Below, piece after piece: positions 9,201 to 18,430 of a stretch of 34,166 nucleotides of DNA (the first letter of the stretch is position 1; the number at the start of each line of letters is the position of its first letter). Location of the stretch: positions 1-34,166 of the IMG/VR virus record IMGVR_UViG_3300030012_004344; one strand, given 5' to 3'. The translations under genes and the position numbers were made by a program. Source of the stretch: a virus (Duplodnaviria; Caudoviricetes). The notes below the pieces were generated by a model, which ran no database searches, was not told where the DNA came from, and saw only the letters and a program-made list of their open reading frames with translations.

Positions 9201-11579
9201 TCCAGTCAGTCCAAGGTCATATGTGCTGTCTAATTTAGGAATGACATGTCCATCAGAATTTATGACTAATCTTGGTAGTGAATTTGTATTACCACCAGTA
9301 AAAAATTCAAAACCATTACTTACCTGTTGTATTCGACAATCAAAATCTTCAGAAATTGTTGTTCTAAAATCAATTAAAGCATCACTTCCTTGTCTATTCA
9401 ATTCAATTGTTCCACCATGAAGAAGTGTATAATCATTATTACTAGATCCTGCTCTCGCATGTATATCACCAAGTACAGTCAATACATTTGTACCTGGATT
9501 ATATTTTACACTAGCATCAGTAAATAAATTTTCAAAAGATCCTGAAGTCGAATTATCACTATCAACAAAAGTTAGAAAATGATCTGAAGATACTGATCTT
9601 GTTTGTGTTTGTACTGTTTGTGCCTGTTGCACAGTCGCAGTTCCAAAGTTTATACCTGTATTGACTACTGATGTTACACGCCCTTTTGCATCAACGGTAA
9701 TCACGGGTATTGTTACAGTTGATCCATATGTATCAGCAGTTACACCTGTATTAGTCAAACTCAAATTGAGTGCAACGTCATTTGATCCATTGAAAGAAAC
9801 TCCAACTGCGTTACCGTCACCAGTAATACTAAATGTTCTATTATTTGCTAATACAGTCGCACTATCAGCAAGACCTCTAAAATTTGTAGCAAATACTTCG
9901 TTTAACTTTAACCCACTACTACCAATATCATAAGTATTATTTGCAAACGGAATGATATTCGATGCTAATGTGATTTGTCCTTGAAATGTTGATATACCTG
10001 TAACTAATAGGTTTCTACCTTGAACTTCATCATAGACAACATCTCCTAATACATTTAAGTTACCACCTACAAATAAATCAGATCCAGTGGTTACAATACC
10101 TGCAAGTGTTGATGTTCCTGTGACACCAAGATTTCCCCCAATATTTACATTCTCCTCTACACCGATACCACCTTGTGTAATTATAGATCCGTTATCTTTA
10201 TTAGTTGATGATGTTGCGTTATTTACAAATAAAACATCGTTAGTCTGTAAAGTACCAGCAAATGAATCAAGAAGTAAATTACCAGACTGTGTGCCAAGTG
10301 TATTACTTTCTATCTTAATATTACCAAGAGTTGAAATACCACTAACTTTTAAATTTTGAACCTCTACGTCACCAGTAAAAGATGTTTGTGGGAGTGTTGC
10401 AATACCACTTACAGTCAATCCATCGGCAGATACAGTTCCCGTAACATCAATTCCGTAAATAGTTGTGTTCAATTTTAATATATTATCATGGTATAATTCA
10501 ACGGCTCCATTTGTAATTACTTTTACTCCATCTTCACCAGTACTAGATTGCAGATGAACTATATTAGATCCTCTAATATAAAGATCTCCTTCTCCAGAAT
10601 CAGTTATAAAACTATTATCCCCATCATGAAATATTGATAAATCTAATCCAGTTCCAAAAAATAATTTATCATCATCTTGGAAATTTGCATTTGCATTATG
10701 AGTTGTAAATCCCGATATGACTATGTTTGATAAATTACTTGTTCCATCTACTCTTATATCTCCACCAACATCTAATTTTTTACTTGGATTAGCTATACCA
10801 ACACCCAAAAATTGTGTGCTTACATCATATACGATACCAGTTGCACCATCAATTAATCCAGACGAGTTATGATACTGAAGTTCTTTAACATTACCACCAG
10901 CACCTGCTTGAACACTACCTTGATTAATATAACTTAATCCACCTGTAGAATTTTTTACAAGAACCTGACCTGTGACACCAGCAGAATTGCCTTGATCAAC
11001 CAATGTGCCTGATAATCTAATATCTCCGACCACATGAAGTTCTTGTGTAGGATTTGTGGTCCCGATACCGACCAGACCTGAATTAGTAACTCTAAATCTT
11101 GAACCATTGTTGATATCTAATGCACCACCGATTGATAATAAATCAGTTGAATCATCAAATGTCAGTCCTGATGATGTTGCAAAGTCGCCACTATCTTTAA
11201 ATAGAACACTATTATCGGCACCAGGTGGTGCTACTGTGATCGTAGCAGCAATTCCCAAGTTATTTGCACTTACTCCAATACCTGTTCCAGCAAAATTTAG
11301 TTGAGTGATACTACTTAAAGTTCCTACAAGTGTTCCTTCATCAAATACACTTATAGAACCTGGAATTAATCCACCCTGAATTGGAACCCAAAATCTTTCG
11401 CCAGGTCTTGACGGAATCGCAACAATTTGAAATTGAGTGCCAGATGGCACATTTGGCAATGTACCAATTGGATTTCCTAAATTTGGTTCTGCTTGATCGA
11501 GTCCAAGATATTTGTATCTGTCAGTTGTTAGACCAGTATGATCTCTTATCTTGACTCTGCCACTCAAATACTTGGTCAT
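6213..11579 (-). CDS. Long tail fibre protein with C-terminal intramolecular chaperone (peptidase S74-type autocleavage domain)
   Basis: 1788 aa, G/T/S/N-rich, with VGIGTTNP-type shaft motifs and multiple internal repeats. The C-terminus ASDMRLKTNITPI...GVSAQEVKEVLPEAV...VRYEKLVPLLIEAMKEQQQTIENLKSRLEKLEG is the classic S74 signature plus a coiled coil. Confidence 0.92.
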   Translation of the reverse strand: MTKYLSGRVKIRDHTGLTTDRYKYLGLDQAEPNLGNPIGTLPNVPSGTQFQIVAIPSRPGERFWVPIQGGLIPGSISVFDEGTLVGTLSSITQLNFAGTGIGVSANNLGIAATITVAPPGADNSVLFKDSGDFATSSGLTFDDSTDLLSIGGALDINNGSRFRVTNSGLVGIGTTNPTQELHVVGDIRLSGTLVDQGNSAGVTGQVLVKNSTGGLSYINQGSVQAGAGGNVKELQYHNSSGLIDGATGIVYDVSTQFLGVGIANPSKKLDVGGDIRVDGTSNLSNIVISGFTTHNANANFQDDDKLFFGTGLDLSIFHDGDNSFITDSGEGDLYIRGSNIVHLQSSTGEDGVKVITNGAVELYHDNILKLNTTIYGIDVTGTVSADGLTVSGIATLPQTSFTGDVEVQNLKVSGISTLGNIKIESNTLGTQSGNLLLDSFAGTLQTNDVLFVNNATSSTNKDNGSIITQGGIGVEENVNIGGNLGVTGTSTLAGIVTTGSDLFVGGNLNVLGDVVYDEVQGRNLLVTGISTFQGQITLASNIIPFANNTYDIGSSGLKLNEVFATNFRGLADSATVLANNRTFSITGDGNAVGVSFNGSNDVALNLSLTNTGVTADTYGSTVTIPVITVDAKGRVTSVVNTGINFGTATVQQAQTVQTQTRSVSSDHFLTFVDSDNSTSGSFENLFTDASVKYNPGTNVLTVLGDIHARAGSSNNDYTLLHGGTIELNRQGSDALIDFRTTISEDFDCRIQQVSNGFEFFTGGNTNSLPRLVINSDGHVIPKLDSTYDLGLTGTRWRNVFADNVTASITGNSDTATALQNVRTFTITGDVDAPAQNFDGTGNVTLNTTLDTVNSNVGTFGNTTGTSYSRITVDGKGRITAASEVAIDFLTSTVGTAQNANAIRTVTRDTNATHHITFVDSDNSSNTYESVFTDESLKYNPSTGLLTLGGSLHVTVNNVTGGGIELGDDGDIVDLNDGYCSIRMANGVRIYDAEGGGSARLRFATSGDSVILPEDNNQYDIGNSSLKFRNIFATTFNGAFQGTANFADALSNSRNFSATGDISASAVSFNGTGNVNLVTSLANSGVSAGTYGNSTGTQYAQVTVDAKGRVTSASTRNINFTNATVQTAVQLANNRNFSIDGNTGTNNAGDVSAAGVAFNGTANVILRGKLKTISGLSAGQFGNSQNTPVVTVNDQGLVTAISQTGINFGTATVAQANKLTNPRTFTVSGDISTDNISFDGTANINLTNATLAATGVSAGTYGSSTQVPIPTIDAKGRVTSITTTGINFSAATVSQANTVRTQVRATNASHYLTFVDSNNGSLSYESVYTDGDLYYNPNTNVLVSQKIKPAQIQNASGNTGSTGNVPVANGSGGWDWGVPSAGSSLQIFSDETDSSTLHYLTFVEGSGDGTKNLRHDDQLHYNPSSNLFTVSKIRPATIQESTGNSGTTGEVPIANGSGGWAWGTANAGGAQSVQASEEDTNATRYIAFLNGNNGTQNSVFYDDQLTYNPQSNLFTLLAARITELQDSTGDNGNNGQVAMSNGSTWSWETINLNSVPNASNADQIKTQSRGNNSTHYLTFVTDNNSTATAETVYTDAGISYNPSTNDLRLNGSISLNHDNDTGGGVRLSDDGDIVDLNDGYCSMRFDNGVRIMNTGGNLGSTPNTVKITLTNGGQILCTDNITAFASDMRLKTNITPIESPLEKLMSLSGFTFNFNDTAADLGYDKEEIHVGVSAQEVKEVLPEAVAPAPADENYMTVRYEKLVPLLIEAMKEQQQTIENLKSRLEKLEG
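7719..9843 (-). repeat. Five ~65-75 aa protein repeats in the tail fibre (RxFxxTGD...FxGTxNVxL...GTYG...TVDAKGRVTS...INF)
   Basis: Copies begin NRTFSITGD, VRTFTITGD, SRNFSATGD, NRNFSIDGN and PRTFTVSGD. Coordinates are approximate. Confidence 0.85.
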
Positions 11580-11581
11580 AA

Positions 11582-12850
11582 TTATGTCGTGCTATTTTCT
11601 AGAATACTTGCTATAAACTCCATCTGTAATGGAGCAACCAAACCACCACTTGATGATACGCCAACATAGACTGCAAATGTGTCCGTTGTGACTGAATCTA
11701 CACCAAGATTACGATTATGGGCGTAATCTGTAGTTCTTGGATATGCGTGTTCAGTTGAATTATTATCCTGTGTGCATGTAAACACTATGGAAGTTGTAGC
11801 AATACCCACAATACTATTTGCTTTTTTAACTCCATTAGTTGCTCCTGCTTCAAAGTAATGTTGGCTTGTATTTGATGATGTTCCTACATCAAGACGGAAT
11901 GTGTTTGTAGTTACATTTGATATTGGTAAATATTTTTTACTTGCTGGATCACCATATCTTGGGTATGGATGTGTTGTTGCACGATTATCTAAATCACAAC
12001 TGAATGTTATTGCACCATCTTCCAATTTAACAAGATCACCATTTGAGAATCCATGATTGTTTGCTGTCACAGTCAAGATACCCACAGTTGGACTGTAAGT
12101 TGTTCCAGCACCTGCGGTCACTGCTGTTGGTGCTGATAGTCCATGACTCGCTTTTGTGAAAGTAGTCATACCAGATCTACCATCATATATGACATTCGTT
12201 ACAGAGAATGTGCTTCCACCAACTACACTGATAGCATTTTCCCTTGCTCTTACAAAGAAATGTATCGCTGGATTATAAAAATGTTTGTAGTTTTTTGAAC
12301 TTCCAACGACTGCAGAGAACTCTGTAGTGAACCCTACAAGGTCGACAATATAAGATTGTTGTGGATCTGGAAATATTGATGTGGTAAGACCAGCGTTACT
12401 TGAACATGTAAATGCAATACCTGCAAGAGTTACTCCATCACCCGAAGATAAACCATGAGGATCCATTGTGGTGACTGTGGCGATACCAGATGGTTCATCA
12501 TATATGACATTTGTAATCGTAGTTATACCTGTCTGATTACCTTTGATGAATAATCTATCAATCGTTGTTGCTGTCTTTTCTAAAACTAATCTACCATCAA
12601 TTAGAATCGCTGCATCATTTGGTGGTATCTCAATATCTTTTATAATTCTTATATCTCTCTTATTATTTGTGCTTCTTGATTCTCTACGTTGTATAAGTGT
12701 AACTGTTGGATATGTATTGATTCCTACATTGGATACTTGTGCGTATAACAAAAGGGAGGACGCTCCTGTTGGAACTTCATATAACTTTTGTTCACCTGGT
12801 GCTACAGGTACAGCCAATGATATAAATTTATTTACTGGTGCAATTGCCAT
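11582..12850 (-). CDS. Virion structural protein (baseplate/fibre associated)
   Basis: 422 aa with repeated YDxxxGxxTVT..HG(L/F)SxGD and FTC...HxYPR beta modules. It is tightly coupled between two fibre genes. Confidence 0.75.
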   Translation of the reverse strand: MAIAPVNKFISLAVPVAPGEQKLYEVPTGASSLLLYAQVSNVGINTYPTVTLIQRRESRSTNNKRDIRIIKDIEIPPNDAAILIDGRLVLEKTATTIDRLFIKGNQTGITTITNVIYDEPSGIATVTTMDPHGLSSGDGVTLAGIAFTCSSNAGLTTSIFPDPQQSYIVDLVGFTTEFSAVVGSSKNYKHFYNPAIHFFVRARENAISVVGGSTFSVTNVIYDGRSGMTTFTKASHGLSAPTAVTAGAGTTYSPTVGILTVTANNHGFSNGDLVKLEDGAITFSCDLDNRATTHPYPRYGDPASKKYLPISNVTTNTFRLDVGTSSNTSQHYFEAGATNGVKKANSIVGIATTSIVFTCTQDNNSTEHAYPRTTDYAHNRNLGVDSVTTDTFAVYVGVSSSGGLVAPLQMEFIASILENSTT

Positions 12851-15727
12851 TTATCTCAATGCTAATATTAATGGTGTTAACTGTGCTTGAATCGCTCTGT
12901 TGAAATCTCTTCCACGAATTGTAGAAGTAGTCTGATCAACTGTTAGACCTTGACCGATTCTGAAATTACCTTTTTGATCAGTACTGGTAAATGGGACTTG
13001 ACCTCCATTTATTGCAACAATTTCATTTTCAGGTATAGGTTCACCACCTTGGAAAGGGTTGGAACTATTTATATCTGTACCAGCACCTATGTATTCAAAT
13101 GAATGGGAACTCGTGATGATACGACTGATCCTCTTAAATTCACTACTTGAACCAGCAGAGACTGCATATGGAACAAACTCATTAAAAGTAACAGTGGTCA
13201 ATCCAGCGTTTGTTGGTTCGGTTGCTGTTTCTACAGTAAAGAATATCGGATCCATTTCTGCAACAGCAGTTGCTGATCCACTTGAGAATGATATAGTTAC
13301 ATCTTGCTGATTCGCACCCACACCAGTTGGTAAGAAGTTTCTACCACTTGCAATCACATCAACAGAGGTAATTGTACCTGCTGCACTTACGTTCGCAGAT
13401 AGCTCTGCAAGTATCGCTTCAGGACCTGCTGGTGCAGTAATTGTCACGTTTGGTGGAGCAGTCTGACTGTATCCTGATCCACCATCTGTAATCTTGATGC
13501 TTCTGACTAAATTAAGTGGAGCTGTTGTGATTCCTGTTTTACCTAATGCTGTGTCAGCATAATCATCTAAATTTAATTTAAAGAAGAATGCTTGTCCATC
13601 AAATGGTTTTCTTACATTATTAAGATCATCTTTAACATTGTTCAATACAAATGAATCACCCTCCGCAACTGTGGCAGTGTTTACAGTTCCAGTAAATTGC
13701 GTATCACCAACACCATCAGCAACTAAACCAAAGATACCAAATGATGAGTTAGAGTTTGTAAGATCACATTGTCCACCAGAATCAACGTAGATACCTTTTT
13801 CACATCCTATCGTAAATATTGAAACTAATTGAGCATATCCATCATTCGTAATTGATACACCAATACCTGCTTCATTATATTGTGTGAATGAATCGCATAC
13901 CATAGATTTCAAATCTTGACCTAAACTATTGATACCCGTAAATGCTGCGTTTGCATGATCACCATTTATCTTCATACCGATACTCCCAGTCATGAAGTTT
14001 GTACAGTTTCTTATGTAAGGTGATCTCCATCTACCACTTGGACCTTCATTCGCAGGACCTAAAGCAATATAACCACTAATTGCTTTATCAGAATTTTCAG
14101 TAGGTGGAAAAGCAACTGAACCACATCCAGAGTGATCTGTTGCATGAGATATACCTGCGAAACTTAAATTTTCTACCAAACAACCTCTTCTTACATGCAG
14201 AACATCTTTATTTGGATTATTAGGCACTATAGTAACAAGTCTTAAATCTTCACCTGAAATCGCTACATCAGTTCTTAATCCTATCGGGTTTGCCTCATTA
14301 TAAACTCCTGATCTTATTTTAATCGTGTCACCTGGTTCAGCGATGGCAGCTGCAGCAGCAACAGTAAATTTAGCATCACCTTCTAGCAGTCCACTATTAC
14401 TATCCATCCCGTTCTTTGTAACCCATAATGTTCTCTTTGTTTGAACACCAGATGGTCTCCATGATACACCAGACCCAACTGATGATAATCTATAATCAGT
14501 TTGTGCAGCACCAACTCCGTCGTCATTATTGATATCTTTTAAAATACTATTAAGTTCTACACTTCCATTTAAAACTGTTTCTCCATCTACGTTGAGTGAA
14601 TTATCGAAGTCAGCTTCACCTTCAACCGTTAAAGTATTTTTTAGAACTGTTGCTCCATCTACTTCTAACTCACTATTAAGATCAGTTCTCCCATCAACAT
14701 CAAGAGTTGAATTGAGTGTGGTTGAACCATCTACGTTCAATGTGGTGTCAAAATCACCAGCACCTTGCACGTTCAAATCAGATTGTAATGTAGCATTACC
14801 ACCTAACTGCATTGTGCTATTAAATATCGCTGGTCCGTCAAGGTTAAGTGATGAATCGAAATCAACAGAACCTGAAACATGAAATGTTCCTGTTACATCT
14901 AAAGTAGATGATGGATTATTATTTTGAATACCCACATTAGTCATCCTGTAAATGGATGAATTACTACCAGATCCACTAGTTCCCCATAAATCTTTAGTTT
15001 GTATTCTTGCAATAAAACCAGGATTACTTGGATCTGGAATTGGTATTAGTGTATCAGTTCCAAGACCAAGACTATTAAGTTGTACAAAATTTAAAGCAGT
15101 AAAAGTAGCTGCCACTCCAGCATTTTGTAGATATACACCCTCATCCTGAACAAGAATGCTCGCTGCATTTCCTGGTGTAACAGTTATCCAACGTATACCA
15201 CCAGCATCTTGATTTAAATAAGCACCATTAACTCCAGATGAATTTGTTGAATCAAATATATCATTATCAATTTTTACACTTCCACGAACATCAAGTGCTT
15301 GTTCAGGATTTGTTGTTCCACCAATACCAACAGATCCAATTCCAGTTGTTGCAGTTAAAACAGTTCCTCCAAAACCAATATGAAATTGATTATCAGCAAC
15401 TTGTGCAGACGCAAATGTTGATACCCCTGTCACAAGAAGACTTCCAGTGGTTCCAGTAAACTCTCCAGTTTCGTCCCAATTATCCCATGAACCATCTAGC
15501 TCATCATATATGGCACCCATGATTTTTACATTACCAGCAGCTTGTAATGCAGGAACTTTTCCAAATTTTCCAGGTAATCCACGATCACCAGTTATTTGTA
15601 TACCTTCTTTAACCAGTATTTGTCTGAATATACTTACTGCCTCTTCTGGTGCGACTAACTTACCATGAACATAAATGTTCTCAAAAATAGAGTCACCTGA
15701 AAATGTCTGGTCTGCATTAACTGCCAT
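12851..15727 (-). CDS. Tail fibre/spike protein with shaft repeats and a predicted pectate-lyase-like beta-helix
   Basis: 958 aa. It has 12-residue LNVDGxxxLxxx repeats, then the WVTKNGxDSNSG...AEPGDTIKIRSGVYNE motif typical of beta-helix starts, and a GGSGY...P.VTI module. Confidence 0.8.
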   Translation of the reverse strand: MAVNADQTFSGDSIFENIYVHGKLVAPEEAVSIFRQILVKEGIQITGDRGLPGKFGKVPALQAAGNVKIMGAIYDELDGSWDNWDETGEFTGTTGSLLVTGVSTFASAQVADNQFHIGFGGTVLTATTGIGSVGIGGTTNPEQALDVRGSVKIDNDIFDSTNSSGVNGAYLNQDAGGIRWITVTPGNAASILVQDEGVYLQNAGVAATFTALNFVQLNSLGLGTDTLIPIPDPSNPGFIARIQTKDLWGTSGSGSNSSIYRMTNVGIQNNNPSSTLDVTGTFHVSGSVDFDSSLNLDGPAIFNSTMQLGGNATLQSDLNVQGAGDFDTTLNVDGSTTLNSTLDVDGRTDLNSELEVDGATVLKNTLTVEGEADFDNSLNVDGETVLNGSVELNSILKDINNDDGVGAAQTDYRLSSVGSGVSWRPSGVQTKRTLWVTKNGMDSNSGLLEGDAKFTVAAAAAIAEPGDTIKIRSGVYNEANPIGLRTDVAISGEDLRLVTIVPNNPNKDVLHVRRGCLVENLSFAGISHATDHSGCGSVAFPPTENSDKAISGYIALGPANEGPSGRWRSPYIRNCTNFMTGSIGMKINGDHANAAFTGINSLGQDLKSMVCDSFTQYNEAGIGVSITNDGYAQLVSIFTIGCEKGIYVDSGGQCDLTNSNSSFGIFGLVADGVGDTQFTGTVNTATVAEGDSFVLNNVKDDLNNVRKPFDGQAFFFKLNLDDYADTALGKTGITTAPLNLVRSIKITDGGSGYSQTAPPNVTITAPAGPEAILAELSANVSAAGTITSVDVIASGRNFLPTGVGANQQDVTISFSSGSATAVAEMDPIFFTVETATEPTNAGLTTVTFNEFVPYAVSAGSSSEFKRISRIITSSHSFEYIGAGTDINSSNPFQGGEPIPENEIVAINGGQVPFTSTDQKGNFRIGQGLTVDQTTSTIRGRDFNRAIQAQLTPLILALR

Positions 15728-16287
15728 CAGAAAAATCCTCCTGCCCCAATTTTCGACGCAACTTTAGCTAAACTAACATAACTTCCAGCAAAAGCTGAAA
15801 ACATATTATGAGTTCTTAATACAATTGCCATGTTACCATCACGAGGATTATGAATATGAACACGATTACCATGTATGTCTACATTACTTGTGGAGGTGTT
15901 CTTTTCAGATCTACCAATTCTTACATTATTCCCTTGCAAAACTAAAGTATCCTCTGCATCAATTGTAATATTAGTTGCTTTAATGTTTAATGAATTATTT
16001 TTTACAACAATATCAAACTTTCCATGATTTGTCTGAATCATGATCGCTTGTCCATCATTTGATTGAACAGCATTTTCCAATTGTCCAGCAGCTATTTCCA
16101 AAGTTCCATCACTATGGATACGTGCTAAACCACTACCATGTTGTGTTACGTTGAATTGATGTCCAGAATCATTCTTTGAACATAGTGCCATCGCAGTATT
16201 ACCTGCAGCACCCATCTCATTCGATCCTGTTTCTATAAAACAATTCGGACCAAAAGCATTAATTTGTCTTTTTTCTTGTGATGACAT
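15727..16287 (-). CDS. Baseplate spike (gp5 C-terminal-like beta-solenoid) protein
   Basis: 186 aa with short beta repeats (SLNIKATNITIDAEDTLVLQGNNVRIG). It lies directly downstream of the gp5-related genes. Confidence 0.55.
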   Translation of the reverse strand: MSSQEKRQINAFGPNCFIETGSNEMGAAGNTAMALCSKNDSGHQFNVTQHGSGLARIHSDGTLEIAAGQLENAVQSNDGQAIMIQTNHGKFDIVVKNNSLNIKATNITIDAEDTLVLQGNNVRIGRSEKNTSTSNVDIHGNRVHIHNPRDGNMAIVLRTHNMFSAFAGSYVSLAKVASKIGAGGFF

Positions 16288-18401
16288 TAATATCCTCCTC
16301 CATATCCTCCACCACTAGGTGGTGATGGTGGCGGTGATGGTGGTGGTGACGATGGTGGCGAAGATGGTGGTGTGGATGCAGGAGGTGAAGAAGATTCGTT
16401 TGACTGACTTGGAGATTCTGGTGTAGATGTTTGTGTTGTTGATGTTGTTGTTGTTTCGTAAGTAGTTGAAATTGGTGTTTCAGATGTTGAAGTTGTTGAT
16501 ACCATGTCATCTGCTTCCTCTTCAGATGTCACAACTTCATTCATTTGCTCTGGAGGAGTTTCAACTAATGTATCAATCGAAATTTCAGGAGCAATTGACT
16601 CCTCTGATTCAATAATCTGATAATTTTCCTTTGGTAAGATACAATCTATCACTTGAATTAACCTTTCTTCTCTTGTTGATCTTTCAATTGAAATCACTGG
16701 TCGTAAAATCGCACCTGATCCAGTTCTTGTAGAAATATTTATTGTTGGTAAAATATCAGTTGGTATCTGCTCTACTACATCCACTCCAGCAACACTTCCA
16801 TCATCTTTAAGTATTAATTTAAGATTATCATCAGTGATAAAGTCTTCGGGTTTATAATTAATACCTGGATTGTCAACAATTACTTTACTAATAAACAATT
16901 CTTGAATACCACCTTTACCTGTTGTATATTCTGCAACAGGATAATTTTCACCTTCACTGATTATGATAACATCTTTAATTTGTCCGAAAGTGGGTGAATT
17001 TTGATTCTGATCAATTATTGCTCTACCAAATGCACCATAACCTTGACCACATGAATCAGTAAATGACACTAATGGTGCTGTTGTATATCCAGAACCTGGT
17101 TTTGTGATTCTAACTCCAGCAATACTCGCAGTTCTAGAGAAAGATCCAAATATGTCATCTACATCTAACTTGTCTATGAATTTACCCAGAATAACTTCAC
17201 CAGCACCACCACTTCCATCTCCACCAAAAAATTCTATTTTAGGAGGACCGCAATTAAAAATATTTGTTGTATTACATGGTTCCAATCCACTTGGTGTCCC
17301 TACCTGTGTTCCGAAAATACTCCATTGACCGTATTCTTCTTCAAATTCTCCAATTTTATTTGAAACTCCATCAGTCATTCGAGTTCCAAGTGATAATGCT
17401 CCATCAATTAAATTTTGTTGTTGTTTGTTTGATCTAGCAGGTCTTAAACCAACACCCATTTTATATACATTACTTGAAACACACGTATCTCCACCACCAC
17501 ATTTAAAAAGATCAGATGCCTTTGATATAGTATCAACACCTCCAGATATGAAATCCTTAACACTAAAAAGTCCACCCTCTATTCCAAGACCACTAAAGGT
17601 ATTTGATATTGGATTGATGAGAGGTGTCATTACCTGATCTATTTCTTTGTTTATTTTACCTGCTATTGCACCAGTGAATTGTTGCACCGCACACGTAGGA
17701 ACATTTGTAACATTTTTTATCATACCAGTAAGCATGTCTTCGATTGTACCTTTTAATGCATCTGATACTTTTGATCCTAAACAATCTAATCCACTAAACA
17801 TTTTTGCAGAGGGTTCAATCATACCCTCCTGTAGTTTTGTAATTTGTGCAATGGCAGCTGTTACTGGTCTACCACTAGCAGCAAATTCTGCAAAGGTTTT
17901 TGCTTCAATGCCTGATAATCCACCTTTTATATAACCTATTAAACTATCAGATAATGCATTTGTTATCTGTCCAGTAAAAGCAGTGCTTGCGTTTGATATC
18001 TCATTAGTCACCGATTTCATGTCACTTGCAAGATTTAAACCAGCACCATCAATTTCAGTAACTTTATTAAAAAAGTTCTTCAAACTTATATCAACATTAT
18101 CGAAAAAATTATTTTTACATGGATTTGCACCTGAAACAAGTTGACCAAGATTTGGTGACAATGGTTCTACACATACTTTAGTTGGTTTTTTATATTCTTC
18201 TAATTGTTTAAATCTTTTGATTTGATCACTAATAGACAGTTTATCAATCTGCTCTTGATTTAAAGGATTTACTTCAGCTAAATCAGGAAAGACAGATTTA
18301 ATCTCCTTAATAGCACCATCCCAATTTGGTGGGTTAAGTTCTATTAATTTCTTATATGCTTGGATTTGCTCTTCAGATATTGAGAGTTGTGCTTCTGTCA
18401 T
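16287..18401 (-). CDS. Baseplate hub-associated (gp5-related) structural protein with low-complexity T/S/P tail
   Basis: 704 aa: a helical Cys-containing region, PGSGYTTAP.V.F / GENY / PGINY beta modules, then a T/S/E/P-rich tail ending GGGYGGGY. Confidence 0.6.
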   Translation of the reverse strand: MTEAQLSISEEQIQAYKKLIELNPPNWDGAIKEIKSVFPDLAEVNPLNQEQIDKLSISDQIKRFKQLEEYKKPTKVCVEPLSPNLGQLVSGANPCKNNFFDNVDISLKNFFNKVTEIDGAGLNLASDMKSVTNEISNASTAFTGQITNALSDSLIGYIKGGLSGIEAKTFAEFAASGRPVTAAIAQITKLQEGMIEPSAKMFSGLDCLGSKVSDALKGTIEDMLTGMIKNVTNVPTCAVQQFTGAIAGKINKEIDQVMTPLINPISNTFSGLGIEGGLFSVKDFISGGVDTISKASDLFKCGGGDTCVSSNVYKMGVGLRPARSNKQQQNLIDGALSLGTRMTDGVSNKIGEFEEEYGQWSIFGTQVGTPSGLEPCNTTNIFNCGPPKIEFFGGDGSGGAGEVILGKFIDKLDVDDIFGSFSRTASIAGVRITKPGSGYTTAPLVSFTDSCGQGYGAFGRAIIDQNQNSPTFGQIKDVIIISEGENYPVAEYTTGKGGIQELFISKVIVDNPGINYKPEDFITDDNLKLILKDDGSVAGVDVVEQIPTDILPTINISTRTGSGAILRPVISIERSTREERLIQVIDCILPKENYQIIESEESIAPEISIDTLVETPPEQMNEVVTSEEEADDMVSTTSTSETPISTTYETTTTSTTQTSTPESPSQSNESSSPPASTPPSSPPSSPPPSPPPSPPSGGGYGGGY
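16290..16500 (-). repeat. Low-complexity Thr/Ser/Pro repeat (SPP/SPPP) and GGGY-GGGY terminus
   Basis: ggt/gat/ggc and gtt triplet runs encode STTSTSETPISTTYETTTTSTTQTSTPESPSQSNESSSPPASTPPSSPPSSPPPSPPPSPPSGGGYGGGY. Confidence 0.85.
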
Positions 18402-18423
18402 TATAAGAGTTTTATATTATACT

Positions 18424-18430
18424 TATTTAT
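18424..18430 (-). promoter_or_regulatory. T4-like late promoter (ATAAATA)
   Basis: Motif overlaps the stop of 18430..19041 and lies 22 nt upstream of the ATG at 18401. Confidence 0.6.

Noticed and set aside
114-17934. Many 60-117 aa ORFs on the plus strand or in alternate frames within the fibre/baseplate genes
   Set aside because: They are shadow ORFs produced by the biased codon usage of the long minus-strand genes.
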